DNA of 64,000 bases, taken from an uncultured Bacilli bacterium. GTDB taxonomy: Bacteria; Bacillota_I; Bacilli_A; RF39; UBA660. This document shows positions 40,193 to 49,310 of this stretch, in pieces (the stretch's first letter is position 1; every line of letters starts with the position of its first letter). Made by a program: the position numbers and the translations under genes. The stretch covers positions 3,447 to 67,446 of the forward strand of contig CALVYK010000005.1 of assembly GCA_944372195.1 (NCBI GenBank). The letters are read 5' to 3'. The notes below the pieces were generated by a model that was not told the origin of the DNA, made no database searches, and saw only the letters and a list, made by a program, of their open reading frames with translations.

Positions 40193-40723
40193 TTAAAATA
40201 GGTCTTTGAGCAATTTATCTTTATCAAATTTTTCCATATTTTTGTTTATTACTCTTGATGCTTCTTTTAGTTTTTCAGAAATATCTTTTAAAGTTATTTT
40301 TGATGAATAATATCCAGGGTTATCAATTCTATCTATAATATCCGCAAATATGCCTTTACATTCAAATGCACTTTTTCTTCTAATCTCTATATCTTCTAAC
40401 ACATCAAAATAAAACTTTTCATAACTTTCAATTTGTTTTTGATAATCAGTAGTTGATCTTTTATTTGAAAAATTAGTACCCCAATTTATTTCTACATCAC
40501 TATATCCAGCAAGTTTCATTAATTCTACTAAACTAATATTAAGTGTTTCAGATATACCTTTTAAATAGAGAATATTAGGTTTTTGTCTTTTACCAGCTTC
40601 AATTCGAGAAACTTCAGCACAGTCCATATTAACTTCACGAGCAAGAGCTCTTTGTGAAATACCCAATTCTTCTCTTTTATTTTTAATTAATTCTCCTAAT
40701 TCAGTTGTATTATTTTTACACAT
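40193..40723 (-). CDS. XRE-family HTH repressor with a C-terminal extension
   Basis: The HTH_3 pattern is ISQRALAREVNMDCAEVSRIEAGKR. The gene is divergent from the small DNA-binding gene operon. Confidence 0.8.
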   Translation of the reverse strand: MCKNNTTELGELIKNKREELGISQRALAREVNMDCAEVSRIEAGKRQKPNILYLKGISETLNISLVELMKLAGYSDVEINWGTNFSNKRSTTDYQKQIESYEKFYFDVLEDIEIRRKSAFECKGIFADIIDRIDNPGYYSSKITLKDISEKLKEASRVINKNMEKFDKDKLLKDLF

Positions 40724-40776
40724 AAAAATACACCTCTTTCAAATACAAGTTAATAATATCATAATGTGATGTAAAA

Positions 40777-40803
40777 GTCAACAAAATACATAAAAGTGTT
40801 GAC
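40777..40803. promoter_or_regulatory. operator palindrome overlapping a -35 box
   Basis: GTCAACA-N13-TGTTGAC. The right arm is part of TTGACA, which is followed 17 nt later by TATAGT. Confidence 0.5.
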
Positions 40804-40877
40804 AAACTCAAAATATAATAGTATAGTAATTGCGATTGATGAGTTTTACATCAATAGAAAGGAGGCAGATAGAGTAG

Positions 40878-41135
40878 ATGAGAATGAGGTATCTAGAAGT
40901 ACCAAAAGAGATTTGGAAAAATAAAAATATTCCAAAAGAGACCAAATATATCTACTCTTACATTTACACCAAGGGATTCGGAAGAATAATAACAGATATA
41001 AATGTAGGAGAGATACAGCAAGTAGTTAACATCAAAAACAAAGGTTTGAGAAAAAGTCTTAAGATATTAGAAGAGTTAAATTATCTAATATATCAAGAAT
41101 ACTCAAACGGAATGTACACAGTAACACTTAACTAA
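40878..41135 (+). CDS. small winged-helix DNA-binding protein
   Basis: It resembles the product of 41581-41880 (helix-rich, ...LRKSLKILEELNYLIY). Confidence 0.45.
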   Translation: MRMRYLEVPKEIWKNKNIPKETKYIYSYIYTKGFGRIITDINVGEIQQVVNIKNKGLRKSLKILEELNYLIYQEYSNGMYTVTLN

Positions 41136-41222
41136 AGAGTCAAAGGACGTTAGTTATAAGAGGCTCAGTAAGATATAAGGCTTATGTTAGAACCTATCTT
41201 ATAGAAATATAAGATGAATACA

Positions 41223-41298
41223 GTTTGAACTATAACATATTTCAAAGAACTAAAATGAAATATAAAAAGGGGTAAAAAACATATGTTATAGTTTAAAC
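41223..41298. repeat. long inverted repeat (18-nt arms, 40-nt loop)
   Basis: GTTTGAACTATAACATAT at 41223-41240 pairs with ATATGTTATAGTTTAAAC at 41281-41298, complementary at 17 of 18 positions. Confidence 0.8.
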
Positions 41299-41413
41299 AT
41301 ATTAAAGGAGATTTTCTCCTTTAGAGTGCTTTTGTTTGCTATTTTATGTAATTAGGCTTATAAAATGTAAGTCTTTTTTGTTGTTTAATTTAAATGAAGA
41401 TAGGAGGAATGTT

Positions 41414-41584
41414 ATGAGAATATTTAAATTATATTTACCAATAGAACTATTTGATAGAATTAAATTAATGGCAGATTTTTATCAAATATCTATTTCTAAA
41501 ATGATGACTCAATTAATGGAAATGGGTTATTTAGAAATGTTAAAAATTAATACTAAAGAATTAAGAAAGGAGACTGATAAATGA
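41414..41584 (+). CDS. ribbon-helix-helix (CopG/Arc-like) small protein
   Basis: TAGGAGG precedes the ATG at 41414. The N-terminal beta-strand pattern is RIFKLYLPIELFDRIKLMADFYQISISKMM. Confidence 0.5.
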   Translation: MRIFKLYLPIELFDRIKLMADFYQISISKMMTQLMEMGYLEMLKINTKELRKETDK

Positions 41585-41880
41585 ACTTTGACAAGTATTT
41601 AAAAATTCCAATGTTTTTAGCTGATGATAAGAATATAGGACATAGTGGTAAATTGTTATATGCTAGACTATTATTACTTACACATAAAGAAGGTTATTGT
41701 TATGCTGATAATAGTTACTTAGGTAATTTAATAGGAGTAGGTTCTAGAAGAATAACTAAGCTATTAAAAGAATTATCAGATAATAATTATATAACCATGG
41801 AATATAAACATAAATTTCAAAGAAAAATTTACATTAACAAAGATAAATATACATCCGTTAATTTAGAAGAATTGTTCTAA
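41581..41880 (+). CDS. small winged-helix DNA-binding protein (possible excision or replication accessory factor)
   Basis: 4-nt overlap with the RHH gene. The HTH-like segment is NSYLGNLIGVGSRRITKLLKELSDNNYI. Confidence 0.5.
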   Translation: MNFDKYLKIPMFLADDKNIGHSGKLLYARLLLLTHKEGYCYADNSYLGNLIGVGSRRITKLLKELSDNNYITMEYKHKFQRKIYINKDKYTSVNLEELF

Positions 41881-42243
41881 TTAATTGGATGTATATTTTA
41901 CATTCCATGGATCTTTATATCCACAATAATATAATAAATAGAATATAAAAAATATTAATATTATATATTTATTATAAAATTATTTTATATATTTAAAAGA
42001 GAGGAAGTTGATATATGCATGATAAAAAAATAATTTTAAACATAAATTTAAATAGGTGGTTTAAATATGGAAGGAGCCTATTTGAATAAAATTTCATTTA
42101 AAGATCTTATTTTAAAGTACTTAATCGAAGAGATAATGAAAGAAGAAGGAGTAAATAATAATTAATGATTTGCAATTATTCATTAATGATGTTATCATTC
42201 ATTTGTCTAAATACCCAATTAAGTAAGAGGATAGGAGGAATGA

Positions 42244-43902
42244 ATGAATAATACTTACTTAAATGGATTAGATTTCAATGTTGGAATCTATATAAGATTA
42301 TCTCAAGAAGATAAGGACAAAAAATATGAATCTGATAGTGAAAGTGTAATAAATCAAAAAGAATTATTAAGAAATTATGTTAAAAACAATAATTTTAATC
42401 TAGTTAAAGAATATGTTGATGATGGATTTTCTGGAACTGATTTTGAAAGACCTGGATTTAAAAGTTTGTTAGAAGATATTAATAATAAAAAAATTAATTG
42501 TGTAATAGTAAAAGATTTATCAAGACTTGGCCGTGATCATGTTATGACTGGTTATTACATTGAAACATTTTTTCCGGAGAACAATATAAGATTTATTTCT
42601 ATATTAGAATCTTTTGATAGTTTTAAAAATCAAGCTAGTAATGATTCATCAACATTTATAATTGCTTGTAATGATTATTATAGTAAACAAAATTCTGTTA
42701 AAATTAGAAATGTTTTAAATGAAAAAAGAAAGAATGGAAAGTTTATAGGAAGTTTACCTAGTTTTGGATATATGAGAGATCCTAAAGATAAAGGACATTT
42801 AATTCCTAATCCAGAAACTGCTCCAATTGTAAAAAATATATTTAAATGGCGAGCAGATGGTATTGGACCTACTGAAATAGCCAATAGACTTAATAAAGCA
42901 CATGTAGTTACGCCTAGTGGTTATAAAAAGACTAATTATTCATCTAGATTAATTGATAGGGATAATTGGAATATTTCCACAGTGAAAAAAATTTTAATTA
43001 ATAGAATTTACACAGGAGATTTAGTTCAGCACACTCAGACTAAAGTAAGCTATAAATCCAAAAAGAAAATAACATTAGATGAAAAATTATGGATAGTAGT
43101 AGAAAACACTCATGAACCATTAGTTGATAAAGACACTTTTGATTATGTTAATAATTTAAGAAAAAGAAACACAAGAAATTATGAAATAAAAACAGATAGA
43201 GAAAAAAGGTTACTAGAAGGTAAATTATTTTGTAAGGAATGTGGAAATAGACTTACTGTACTTTATAGAAAAAAACAAGATTATTGGTCAGTTAATTGTA
43301 ATAGATATTCAAGAGATCCAGTTAGAGGTAGATGTTATTCACATTTTTATCCATATAACTATTTAGAAGAACAAGTGTTAGAACAAATCAATAAATCTGT
43401 TTCTAAATTAATGAAAGAATTAGATTTAAAACAATTAAATGATGAAGTTGTCAAAAATGTCCATAAGGAAACTAATAACATAAACAATGTTATCAAAAAT
43501 TTGGAAATAGAAAAAGAAAAAATAACTAAGAGAATTACAACTTTATATAATGATAGATGTGATGGAGTAATATCTACTGAAACTTATAAAGAACTGGCTA
43601 AGGAGTCTGAAACTAAATTAAAAGAAATAAATGATTTAATAGATAATGAAAACATAAAAAAATATAAAATAAAAAATAAGGTCAATATTTTACCAGACTA
43701 CACTAAAAAGATAAAGAAACTATTAGATTTAAATAAACCTAAAAAAGAATTAATAGATACATTAATAGATAAAATAGTTATTGATAAAGATAGAAATATT
43801 ACTATATATTTTAAATACGATATTGTACCAGTAGTTTCATTTATATATGAGAATAAGAATTTAGCTCGTAATCCTTATGGTAGAAAAGGTAAAAGTTGTT
43901 AA
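42244..43902 (+). CDS. large serine recombinase (element integrase/excisionase)
   Basis: The catalytic region is GIYIRLSQEDKD, followed by DLSRLGRD. A recombinase domain and a zinc ribbon (CKECGNRL...C) are followed by a long coiled-coil tail. Confidence 0.92.
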   Translation: MNNTYLNGLDFNVGIYIRLSQEDKDKKYESDSESVINQKELLRNYVKNNNFNLVKEYVDDGFSGTDFERPGFKSLLEDINNKKINCVIVKDLSRLGRDHVMTGYYIETFFPENNIRFISILESFDSFKNQASNDSSTFIIACNDYYSKQNSVKIRNVLNEKRKNGKFIGSLPSFGYMRDPKDKGHLIPNPETAPIVKNIFKWRADGIGPTEIANRLNKAHVVTPSGYKKTNYSSRLIDRDNWNISTVKKILINRIYTGDLVQHTQTKVSYKSKKKITLDEKLWIVVENTHEPLVDKDTFDYVNNLRKRNTRNYEIKTDREKRLLEGKLFCKECGNRLTVLYRKKQDYWSVNCNRYSRDPVRGRCYSHFYPYNYLEEQVLEQINKSVSKLMKELDLKQLNDEVVKNVHKETNNINNVIKNLEIEKEKITKRITTLYNDRCDGVISTETYKELAKESETKLKEINDLIDNENIKKYKIKNKVNILPDYTKKIKKLLDLNKPKKELIDTLIDKIVIDKDRNITIYFKYDIVPVVSFIYENKNLARNPYGRKGKSC

Positions 43903-43917
43903 GATGCTTTATAATTA

Positions 43918-43962
43918 TGTCGTAGTTTTGTCGTAGTATTGTCACAGCTTATGTCGTAGTAT
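43918..43962 (+). repeat. tandem 11-nt repeat array, left copy (4 units)
   Basis: The units are TGTCGTAGTTT, TGTCGTAGTAT, TGTCACAGCTTA and TGTCGTAGTAT. Confidence 0.85.
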
Positions 43963-44045
43963 CAGTAAAAATCAATTTTGTTAATATACAAAAATTGACA
44001 AAAAATATGTAAAAAATATGATACAATAAATAAGAGAGGTGAACT

Positions 44046-45506
44046 ATGAATATATCAAAGTATAATTTAGACTTAACATTAAATGATTTGATTACCAAAA
44101 GAGAAGATTCATCATTCGATAGAAAAAGCGCAAAGATAGATTTAAAAAACTTAGCAAATATAATTTGTTCTTTTGCAAATGCTAATGGTGGAATTATAGC
44201 TGTTGGTGTTGAAGATGATGGAAGTATTTCTGGTTTTGAAAAAGTTGGAATAGATAAATATAATAATTTTCAAAAGATTATTTCAAGTTCATATTTTAAA
44301 ACATTGCCAAGATGTTATATTGAACCTATAGATGTGGTTAATTCTAATAACAGCAATGATAAAATATTATTATTTACAATAGAGCCAAGTTCAAGTAGAG
44401 TAGTTAGAACTGCAAAAGATGAAGTATATTTAAGGCAATCTGATAGTTCAAATAAACTAGATAGCGATCAGGTCAAAATATTAGAATATGAGAGAAATGA
44501 AGCGGTTTTTGAAGATGAAATCGTTAAAAGAGCTAGTTTGGAAGATTTGGATGAAGAAATATTAAATTTATATAAATCTAAAGTAGGATCTAAACAAAGC
44601 AATTATGATTTGCTTAAAGCGAGAAAATTTATAATCAAAGAAAATGGTAAAGAGTATTTAACTACAGCTGGTGTTTTACTTTTTACAAAAGATCCTTCAT
44701 TATTTATTCCCTGTGCTAGGGTAAGAGTTATAAAAATTGAAGGTTTAGAAATGCAAACAGGAACTGAAATGAATATTGTAAAAGATGAAACATTTGCATT
44801 ACCTTTATACAAGGTTATTGAAAAAACAGAAGAATTTATAAAAACTCAATTAAGAGAATTTAATCATTTGGGACCAGACGGAAAATTTGTTTCTATACCA
44901 GAATATCCAGAGTTCGCATGGAAAGAAGGACTAGTTAATGCTGTCACACATAGAGATTATTCTATAAGTGGAGAACATATCAAAATAATTTTATATGATG
45001 ATAGGTTAGAAATTATTAGTCCCGGGAAGTTACCAGGATTAATTACATTAGATACTATGCGAACAGAAAGATTTTCTAGAAATCCTCAAATATCTAGAGT
45101 TTTAACGGAATTAAAGTTAGTTAGAGAGTTAAATGAGGGAGTAAAAAGAATTTATAAAGAAATGCAGGAATTCTTTTTAGATGAACCGGAATATTCAGAA
45201 CCAAATGGAAGGTCTGTCAAACTTGTATTAAAAAATAATATAGTTATGAGAAGTAAAAGAAAAACAGAAACGATGTTAAAAAGAGATTCATTAACAGAAA
45301 AATGGGAAGGGTTAAATGAATTAGAAAAACAAATGGTACAAGCAATTCACGATAGAGGAAAAATGACCACATCTGAATTATCAGAATTAATTTCAAGAGA
45401 TAGAAGGACTGTTCAAAGAAAAGTCAAAAAACTACAAGATATGGAAATTATCACATGGATAGGAACTTCAAATAAAGACCCTAAGAAAGTTTATATTATA
45501 AAATAA
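44046..45506 (+). CDS. AlbA_2 (Schlafen-like) + HATPase_c_4 + wHTH putative DNA-binding regulator
   Basis: The AlbA_2 core is FDRKSAKID...FANANGGIIAVGVEDDGSISG. The central region is LVNAVTHRDYSISGEHIKIILYDDRLEIISPG. The C-terminal wHTH is MTTSELSELISRDRRTVQRKVKKL. Confidence 0.8.
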   Translation: MNISKYNLDLTLNDLITKREDSSFDRKSAKIDLKNLANIICSFANANGGIIAVGVEDDGSISGFEKVGIDKYNNFQKIISSSYFKTLPRCYIEPIDVVNSNNSNDKILLFTIEPSSSRVVRTAKDEVYLRQSDSSNKLDSDQVKILEYERNEAVFEDEIVKRASLEDLDEEILNLYKSKVGSKQSNYDLLKARKFIIKENGKEYLTTAGVLLFTKDPSLFIPCARVRVIKIEGLEMQTGTEMNIVKDETFALPLYKVIEKTEEFIKTQLREFNHLGPDGKFVSIPEYPEFAWKEGLVNAVTHRDYSISGEHIKIILYDDRLEIISPGKLPGLITLDTMRTERFSRNPQISRVLTELKLVRELNEGVKRIYKEMQEFFLDEPEYSEPNGRSVKLVLKNNIVMRSKRKTETMLKRDSLTEKWEGLNELEKQMVQAIHDRGKMTTSELSELISRDRRTVQRKVKKLQDMEIITWIGTSNKDPKKVYIIK

Positions 45507-45513
45507 AAATAAA

Positions 45514-45568
45514 TGTCGCAGTACTGTCGTATTATTGTCGTAGTATTGTCGCAGTACTGCGTCATTTT
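45514..45568 (+). repeat. tandem 11-nt repeat array, right copy (4-5 units)
   Basis: The units are TGTCGCAGTAC, TGTCGTATTAT, TGTCGTAGTAT, TGTCGCAGTAC and a degenerate TGCGTCATTTT. Confidence 0.85.
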
Positions 45569-45597
45569 AATTACTAATGGAAACTAAACTCACCAGG

Positions 45598-46666
45598 TGG
45601 TGAAGGTGCTGAAGTAATATATGCATTAAGAAATAAAGATACATTATCAAATTTAGTATTACAAGAATTAGCTAAAGAAGGTCAAACAATAAGAAAAGCA
45701 TATCAAAGAAGATTACCTAGTGACACGTCAAAGGATTATTATTTTATGCAAAGAAATACAGGTATAACAGAACCGATAACTGTTGAATATGGTTTTTTAG
45801 ATACTGAAGCAGACGCTAATAAATTAAAAAATAATTACATAGAATATGCAGAAGCTGTAGTAAGGGCAGTATTAAATTATATAGGATATACTGAAGGACC
45901 TAATAATACTTATACAGTAAAAAAAGGAGATAGTTTATATAGCATAGCTAAAAAATATAATATTAGTGTAGAAGAATTAAAAGCAGCAAATAATTTATCC
46001 AGTAATTTATTAACAATAGGTCAAGTTTTAGTAATACCAGAAATAGAAAAAGAGCCTGAAGATTATACTATATATATTGTAAAAAAAGGAGATTCTTTAT
46101 ATGCTATAGCAAATAAATATAACACTACTGTGGATAAAATAATTGAGTATAATAATTTACCTTCTACTAATTTGACTGTAGGGCAACAAATATTAATACC
46201 TAATGTTTATGCTGAAAATGATCAATATGATACTTACATAGTAAAAAAAGGAGATGGCTTATATAAAATAGCTAATGAATATAATACAACAGTAGATGAA
46301 TTGATGAAAATAAATAATTTAAGTAGTAATTTATTAAGTATTGGTCAAAAATTATTAATACCAAAAAAAGAATCAAGTAGTGAATTTGAATATGTTGTAA
46401 AAGCAGGAGATAGTTTATATAGTATCGCTAATAGATATAACACAACAGTAGATGAAATAAAAAAATTAAATAATTTAAATAGTAATTTACTATCTATCGG
46501 TCAAATGATTAAATTACCGACACAAGAAAATAATACTTATATTGTAAAAAGTGGCGATAATTTATATAGTATCGCTAATAAATATAATACAACAGTAGAT
46601 GAAATAAAGAAAAAAAATAATCTAACTAGCAATTTGTTAACGATAGGGCAAATTTTAATAATTTAA
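45598..46666 (+). pseudogene. 3' fragment of the split Amidase_3 gene, with five LysM repeats
   Basis: The frame is open from the junction and reads GGEGAEVIYALRNK... It is followed by five copies of the Y(T/I)VKxGDSLYSIAxKYN...LLxIGQ LysM unit. Confidence 0.85.
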
Positions 46667-46707
46667 AAACATCTAATTTAGAAGAAAACTTCTTTTTAGA
46701 TGTTTTT
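46666..46707. terminator. bidirectional terminator between the amidase gene and the sleB-like gene
   Basis: Stem aaaaacatctaa/ttagatgttttt with a nested hairpin agaag/cttct. Confidence 0.7.
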
Positions 46708-46709
46708 TA

Positions 46710-47138
46710 TTAATGTATTTGCTTACAAACGCCTGAATCTGGATTATAAAAGCAATGACTTTTATACCTTCCAGAAAGTTTTTGATCGTACCACAAATCT
46801 TTACATTCAGAGTCATCACTAGGAGAATAAAACCATAAAGCGTTAGTTGCGGGATAATAATATTCTCCTCTAAGGATCCTATCTGCTAAATTTAGTTCTG
46901 ATGTTGTTGGATTACCAAAAAAAAGAGGACTATCTACACCAGAAAATTGATTTGGTTGGTATAAAGCATCAGTTATTGAATTTATATTTTTAAAAGTTAA
47001 ACAATCAGCTAAGACTCTATTTACTAGAACATTTCCAACCATAAGCATTCCTAAGTTTCCTTCACCAACAGCTTCCGCTCTCATAATTCTAGCTAATAAT
47101 TCTCTTTCTTTAGTATTATATTTTATTATCATAAACAT
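46710..47138 (-). CDS. SleB-family cell-wall hydrolase (Hydrolase_2)
   Basis: Motifs are LARIMRAEAVGEG...GMLMVGNVLVNRV and NQFSG. Confidence 0.8.
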   Translation of the reverse strand: MFMIIKYNTKERELLARIMRAEAVGEGNLGMLMVGNVLVNRVLADCLTFKNINSITDALYQPNQFSGVDSPLFFGNPTTSELNLADRILRGEYYYPATNALWFYSPSDDSECKDLWYDQKLSGRYKSHCFYNPDSGVCKQIH

Positions 47139-47286
47139 TCACCTATTTAATTATATGTCTTATAAAAAAATAAATTTAAATTTTCATGTCGCTTATTTTT
47201 ATATCAAAATTTTATATAGTTTAACCATATTTTTATTAAAAAATGTTAAATTAGTAAAGGAAAAAATATTATTTATAAATTAAAGA

Positions 47287-47315
47287 TTGCATAAAAAATA
47301 AATATATAGTATAAT
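47287..47315 (+). promoter_or_regulatory. sigma-A-type promoter at the head of the T4SS cluster
   Basis: TTGCAT, 17-nt spacer, TATAAT. Confidence 0.5.
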
Positions 47316-47339
47316 TATTTCATAAGGGTAGGTGTTGTT

Positions 47340-47783
47340 ATGAGTGGACCAGTCGGCCATACATTTATTTATAACATAATTATATTATTCATAATTATTG
47401 TATTTGCATTTATATCAGGTACACTTAGTTATTATAAAGCTTTTAAAGTCAATAATCGAATTATAAAAGCATTAGAAAAATATGAGGGCTATAATTTATA
47501 TTCTAAAGATGAAATAGAAAGAACTTTAGGAAATTTAGGATATTCAACTGAAGATGCTAATTGTAAACAAACATACAATGGTATGATTTTAGTGGATTAT
47601 TTTAATGAAAATTATTGTTACTGTGTTTATATTGACAATAAAAAACCTACTAAGAATGGGTACTATATTTATGGCGTGTTGACATACATGAATTTAGATT
47701 TGCCTATTATTAATGTCATAAACTTGCCAGTTTTCACTAAAAGTAATCGTATGTTCAAATTTACATCAAAGGGATCATTATGA
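47340..47783 (+). CDS. small N-terminally anchored protein, paralogue A
   Basis: One TM segment. It aligns by eye with the 47866 product (YYKAFKVNNRIIKALEKYEGY against YSKGFKVRNRIIDIIEKYDGY). Confidence 0.55.
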   Translation: MSGPVGHTFIYNIIILFIIIVFAFISGTLSYYKAFKVNNRIIKALEKYEGYNLYSKDEIERTLGNLGYSTEDANCKQTYNGMILVDYFNENYCYCVYIDNKKPTKNGYYIYGVLTYMNLDLPIINVINLPVFTKSNRMFKFTSKGSL

Positions 47784-47865
47784 TTCTTTTTTTTATTTTA
47801 TTTTTAAAAGTATTGAAGAAAATAAAAAAATATAGTATAATTTATAAAGAATATGGAGGGAAAAT

Positions 47866-48315
47866 ATGAAGGAAGCGATAGGTACTTCAATGGTTTTAAA
47901 TATTGTTTTGATTTTTGTTGGCATTTTTATTGCACTTTATGTTGGAACAATTGCATATTCAAAAGGTTTTAAAGTACGAAATAGGATAATTGATATTATT
48001 GAAAAATATGATGGTTATACTAGTTCTGCACAAAAAGAGATTGATGAAAATTTAAGAATGATAGGTTATCAGATAAATCTTAATAAAAAATGTGGGGAAG
48101 TTGAAAATCCAGAAGATTCACAAAACCCTATTCAACCACAAAATACCAATAGTTCTTATAATTATTGCGTTTATCAATTTCATACTTCAAAAGGATATTA
48201 TTATGGGGTAAAAGTATTTATTCATTTTGATTTTCCAATAATAGGCGGATTTATTGAGATACCATTATATGGAGAATCGAGAATTTTATTTGAAAAAAGT
48301 GAGGTTGAGGGATAA
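47866..48315 (+). CDS. small N-terminally anchored protein, paralogue B
   Basis: As for paralogue A. An upstream TTGAAG-N17-TATAAT and a GGAGGG ribosome-binding site are present. Confidence 0.55.
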   Translation: MKEAIGTSMVLNIVLIFVGIFIALYVGTIAYSKGFKVRNRIIDIIEKYDGYTSSAQKEIDENLRMIGYQINLNKKCGEVENPEDSQNPIQPQNTNSSYNYCVYQFHTSKGYYYGVKVFIHFDFPIIGGFIEIPLYGESRILFEKSEVEG

Positions 48316-49302
48316 ATGAATGTAGTTATAGCAAATCAAAAAAAAGATATATTAACTAATTTGAATATCGATATTATTAAGTTTGTTGAGGGACAGTATT
48401 CAGTTGATGAAATAATTGAGATGTTTAAAAATTTTTATTATCAAAGAATGATTCTGGACATAACAGCTTTAAAAGATTATACAGATATAAAGACTTTACA
48501 AAAACTTTCTATTTCTTTAGATATGGATAAATTGATTTTATTGTTAGATGATGATGAAGAATCGGCATCTCCTGGATATTTGTCTAAGCTGATTTCAATG
48601 GGAATATATAATTTTACAAGAAATGCTGAGGGAATAATTTATTTGTATAATAATCCAAATAGTTATCGCGATGTTGCACAATATCATCAATTAGATGACC
48701 AAGAGCAACAAGTTATTTATCAAGGAGTAGAGGCAAATTATTGCAGAATTATTGGTATTAAAAATCTAACTGATCAAAGTGGAGCTACAACTTTTACATA
48801 TCTTATGGTAAAACAATTGAAAAAACATTATAATGCTATTGGAGTTGAAGTTGACGCTAACGATTTTAATTATTTTAACGATAAGAAAAGTCTTTTTAGC
48901 ATATCTAGTAAAGATTTAGGAAAATTTATTGAAAAAAATAATGATCGAGATGTTATTGTCATCGATGTTAATAAAAGCCCTATAGCTTTAGGATTAGTTC
49001 AAGAAATGATATATTTAGTTGAACCATCGATAATTAAATTAAATAGATTGATGCATATAAATAGAAATGCTTTTAATCAGTTGAGCGGAAGAAAAATCGT
49101 TTTAAATCAAAGTTTATTAAATTCAAAAGATGTATTAGAATTACAGTATGAAGCAAAAGCTAAATTTTTCTTTAACATGCCACCTTTAAATGAACATGAT
49201 TCTAACATAATGATAATGGATACATTTTTATCAAAATTAGGTTTTTTAAAGCAACAGACAGGTGAAGTTGAAAAAAGAAAGAAAATTTTAGGATTGTTTT
49301 AG
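48316..49302 (+). CDS. possible CpaE/TadZ-like protein (pseudo-receiver plus degenerate ParA/MinD ATPase)
   Basis: The deviant P-loop-like segment is IIGIKNLTDQSGATTFTYLMV and the Walker-B-like segment is DVIVIDV. The N-terminal ~110 aa have a receiver-like alternation of strands and helices. Confidence 0.35.
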   Translation: MNVVIANQKKDILTNLNIDIIKFVEGQYSVDEIIEMFKNFYYQRMILDITALKDYTDIKTLQKLSISLDMDKLILLLDDDEESASPGYLSKLISMGIYNFTRNAEGIIYLYNNPNSYRDVAQYHQLDDQEQQVIYQGVEANYCRIIGIKNLTDQSGATTFTYLMVKQLKKHYNAIGVEVDANDFNYFNDKKSLFSISSKDLGKFIEKNNDRDVIVIDVNKSPIALGLVQEMIYLVEPSIIKLNRLMHINRNAFNQLSGRKIVLNQSLLNSKDVLELQYEAKAKFFFNMPPLNEHDSNIMIMDTFLSKLGFLKQQTGEVEKRKKILGLF

Positions 49303-49310
49303 GTGAAAAA

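Larger units (their letters stand above)
32957..45597. mobile_element. ~12.6-kb gene-intervening element with a large serine recombinase and defence cargo
   Basis: The GG core occurs at 32955-56 and 45596-97 in identical codon phase. The element-side arms form an imperfect inverted repeat, taatggaaactaaactcacca / taatggtaaatgaactccgct (reverse complement), matching at 15 of 21 positions. The recombinase gene lies inside the element. Confidence 0.8.

Noticed and set aside
42067-42168. 33-codon ORF (MEGAYLNKISFKDLILKYLIEEIMKEEGVNNN) with an AGGTGG-like ribosome-binding site upstream of the second LSR.
   Set aside because: It is too short to support from sequence alone. It might be a real leader peptide, but there is no conservation evidence.
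43918-45568. Possibility that the TGTCGTAGTAT arrays are a CRISPR array.
   Set aside because: The units are 11 nt and directly abutting, with no spacers. The window has no cas genes.
32957-45597. Interpretation of the intervening element as a prophage.
   Set aside because: No terminase, portal, capsid, tail or lysis genes are present. Only a repressor switch, small DNA-binding proteins, the recombinase and defence cargo are present.
47340-49302. Calling this segment a Tad/Flp pilus locus.
   Set aside because: No CpaF/TadA ATPase, TadB/C platform, prepilin peptidase or Flp-type prepilin motif is present. Only a weak TadZ-like resemblance remains.
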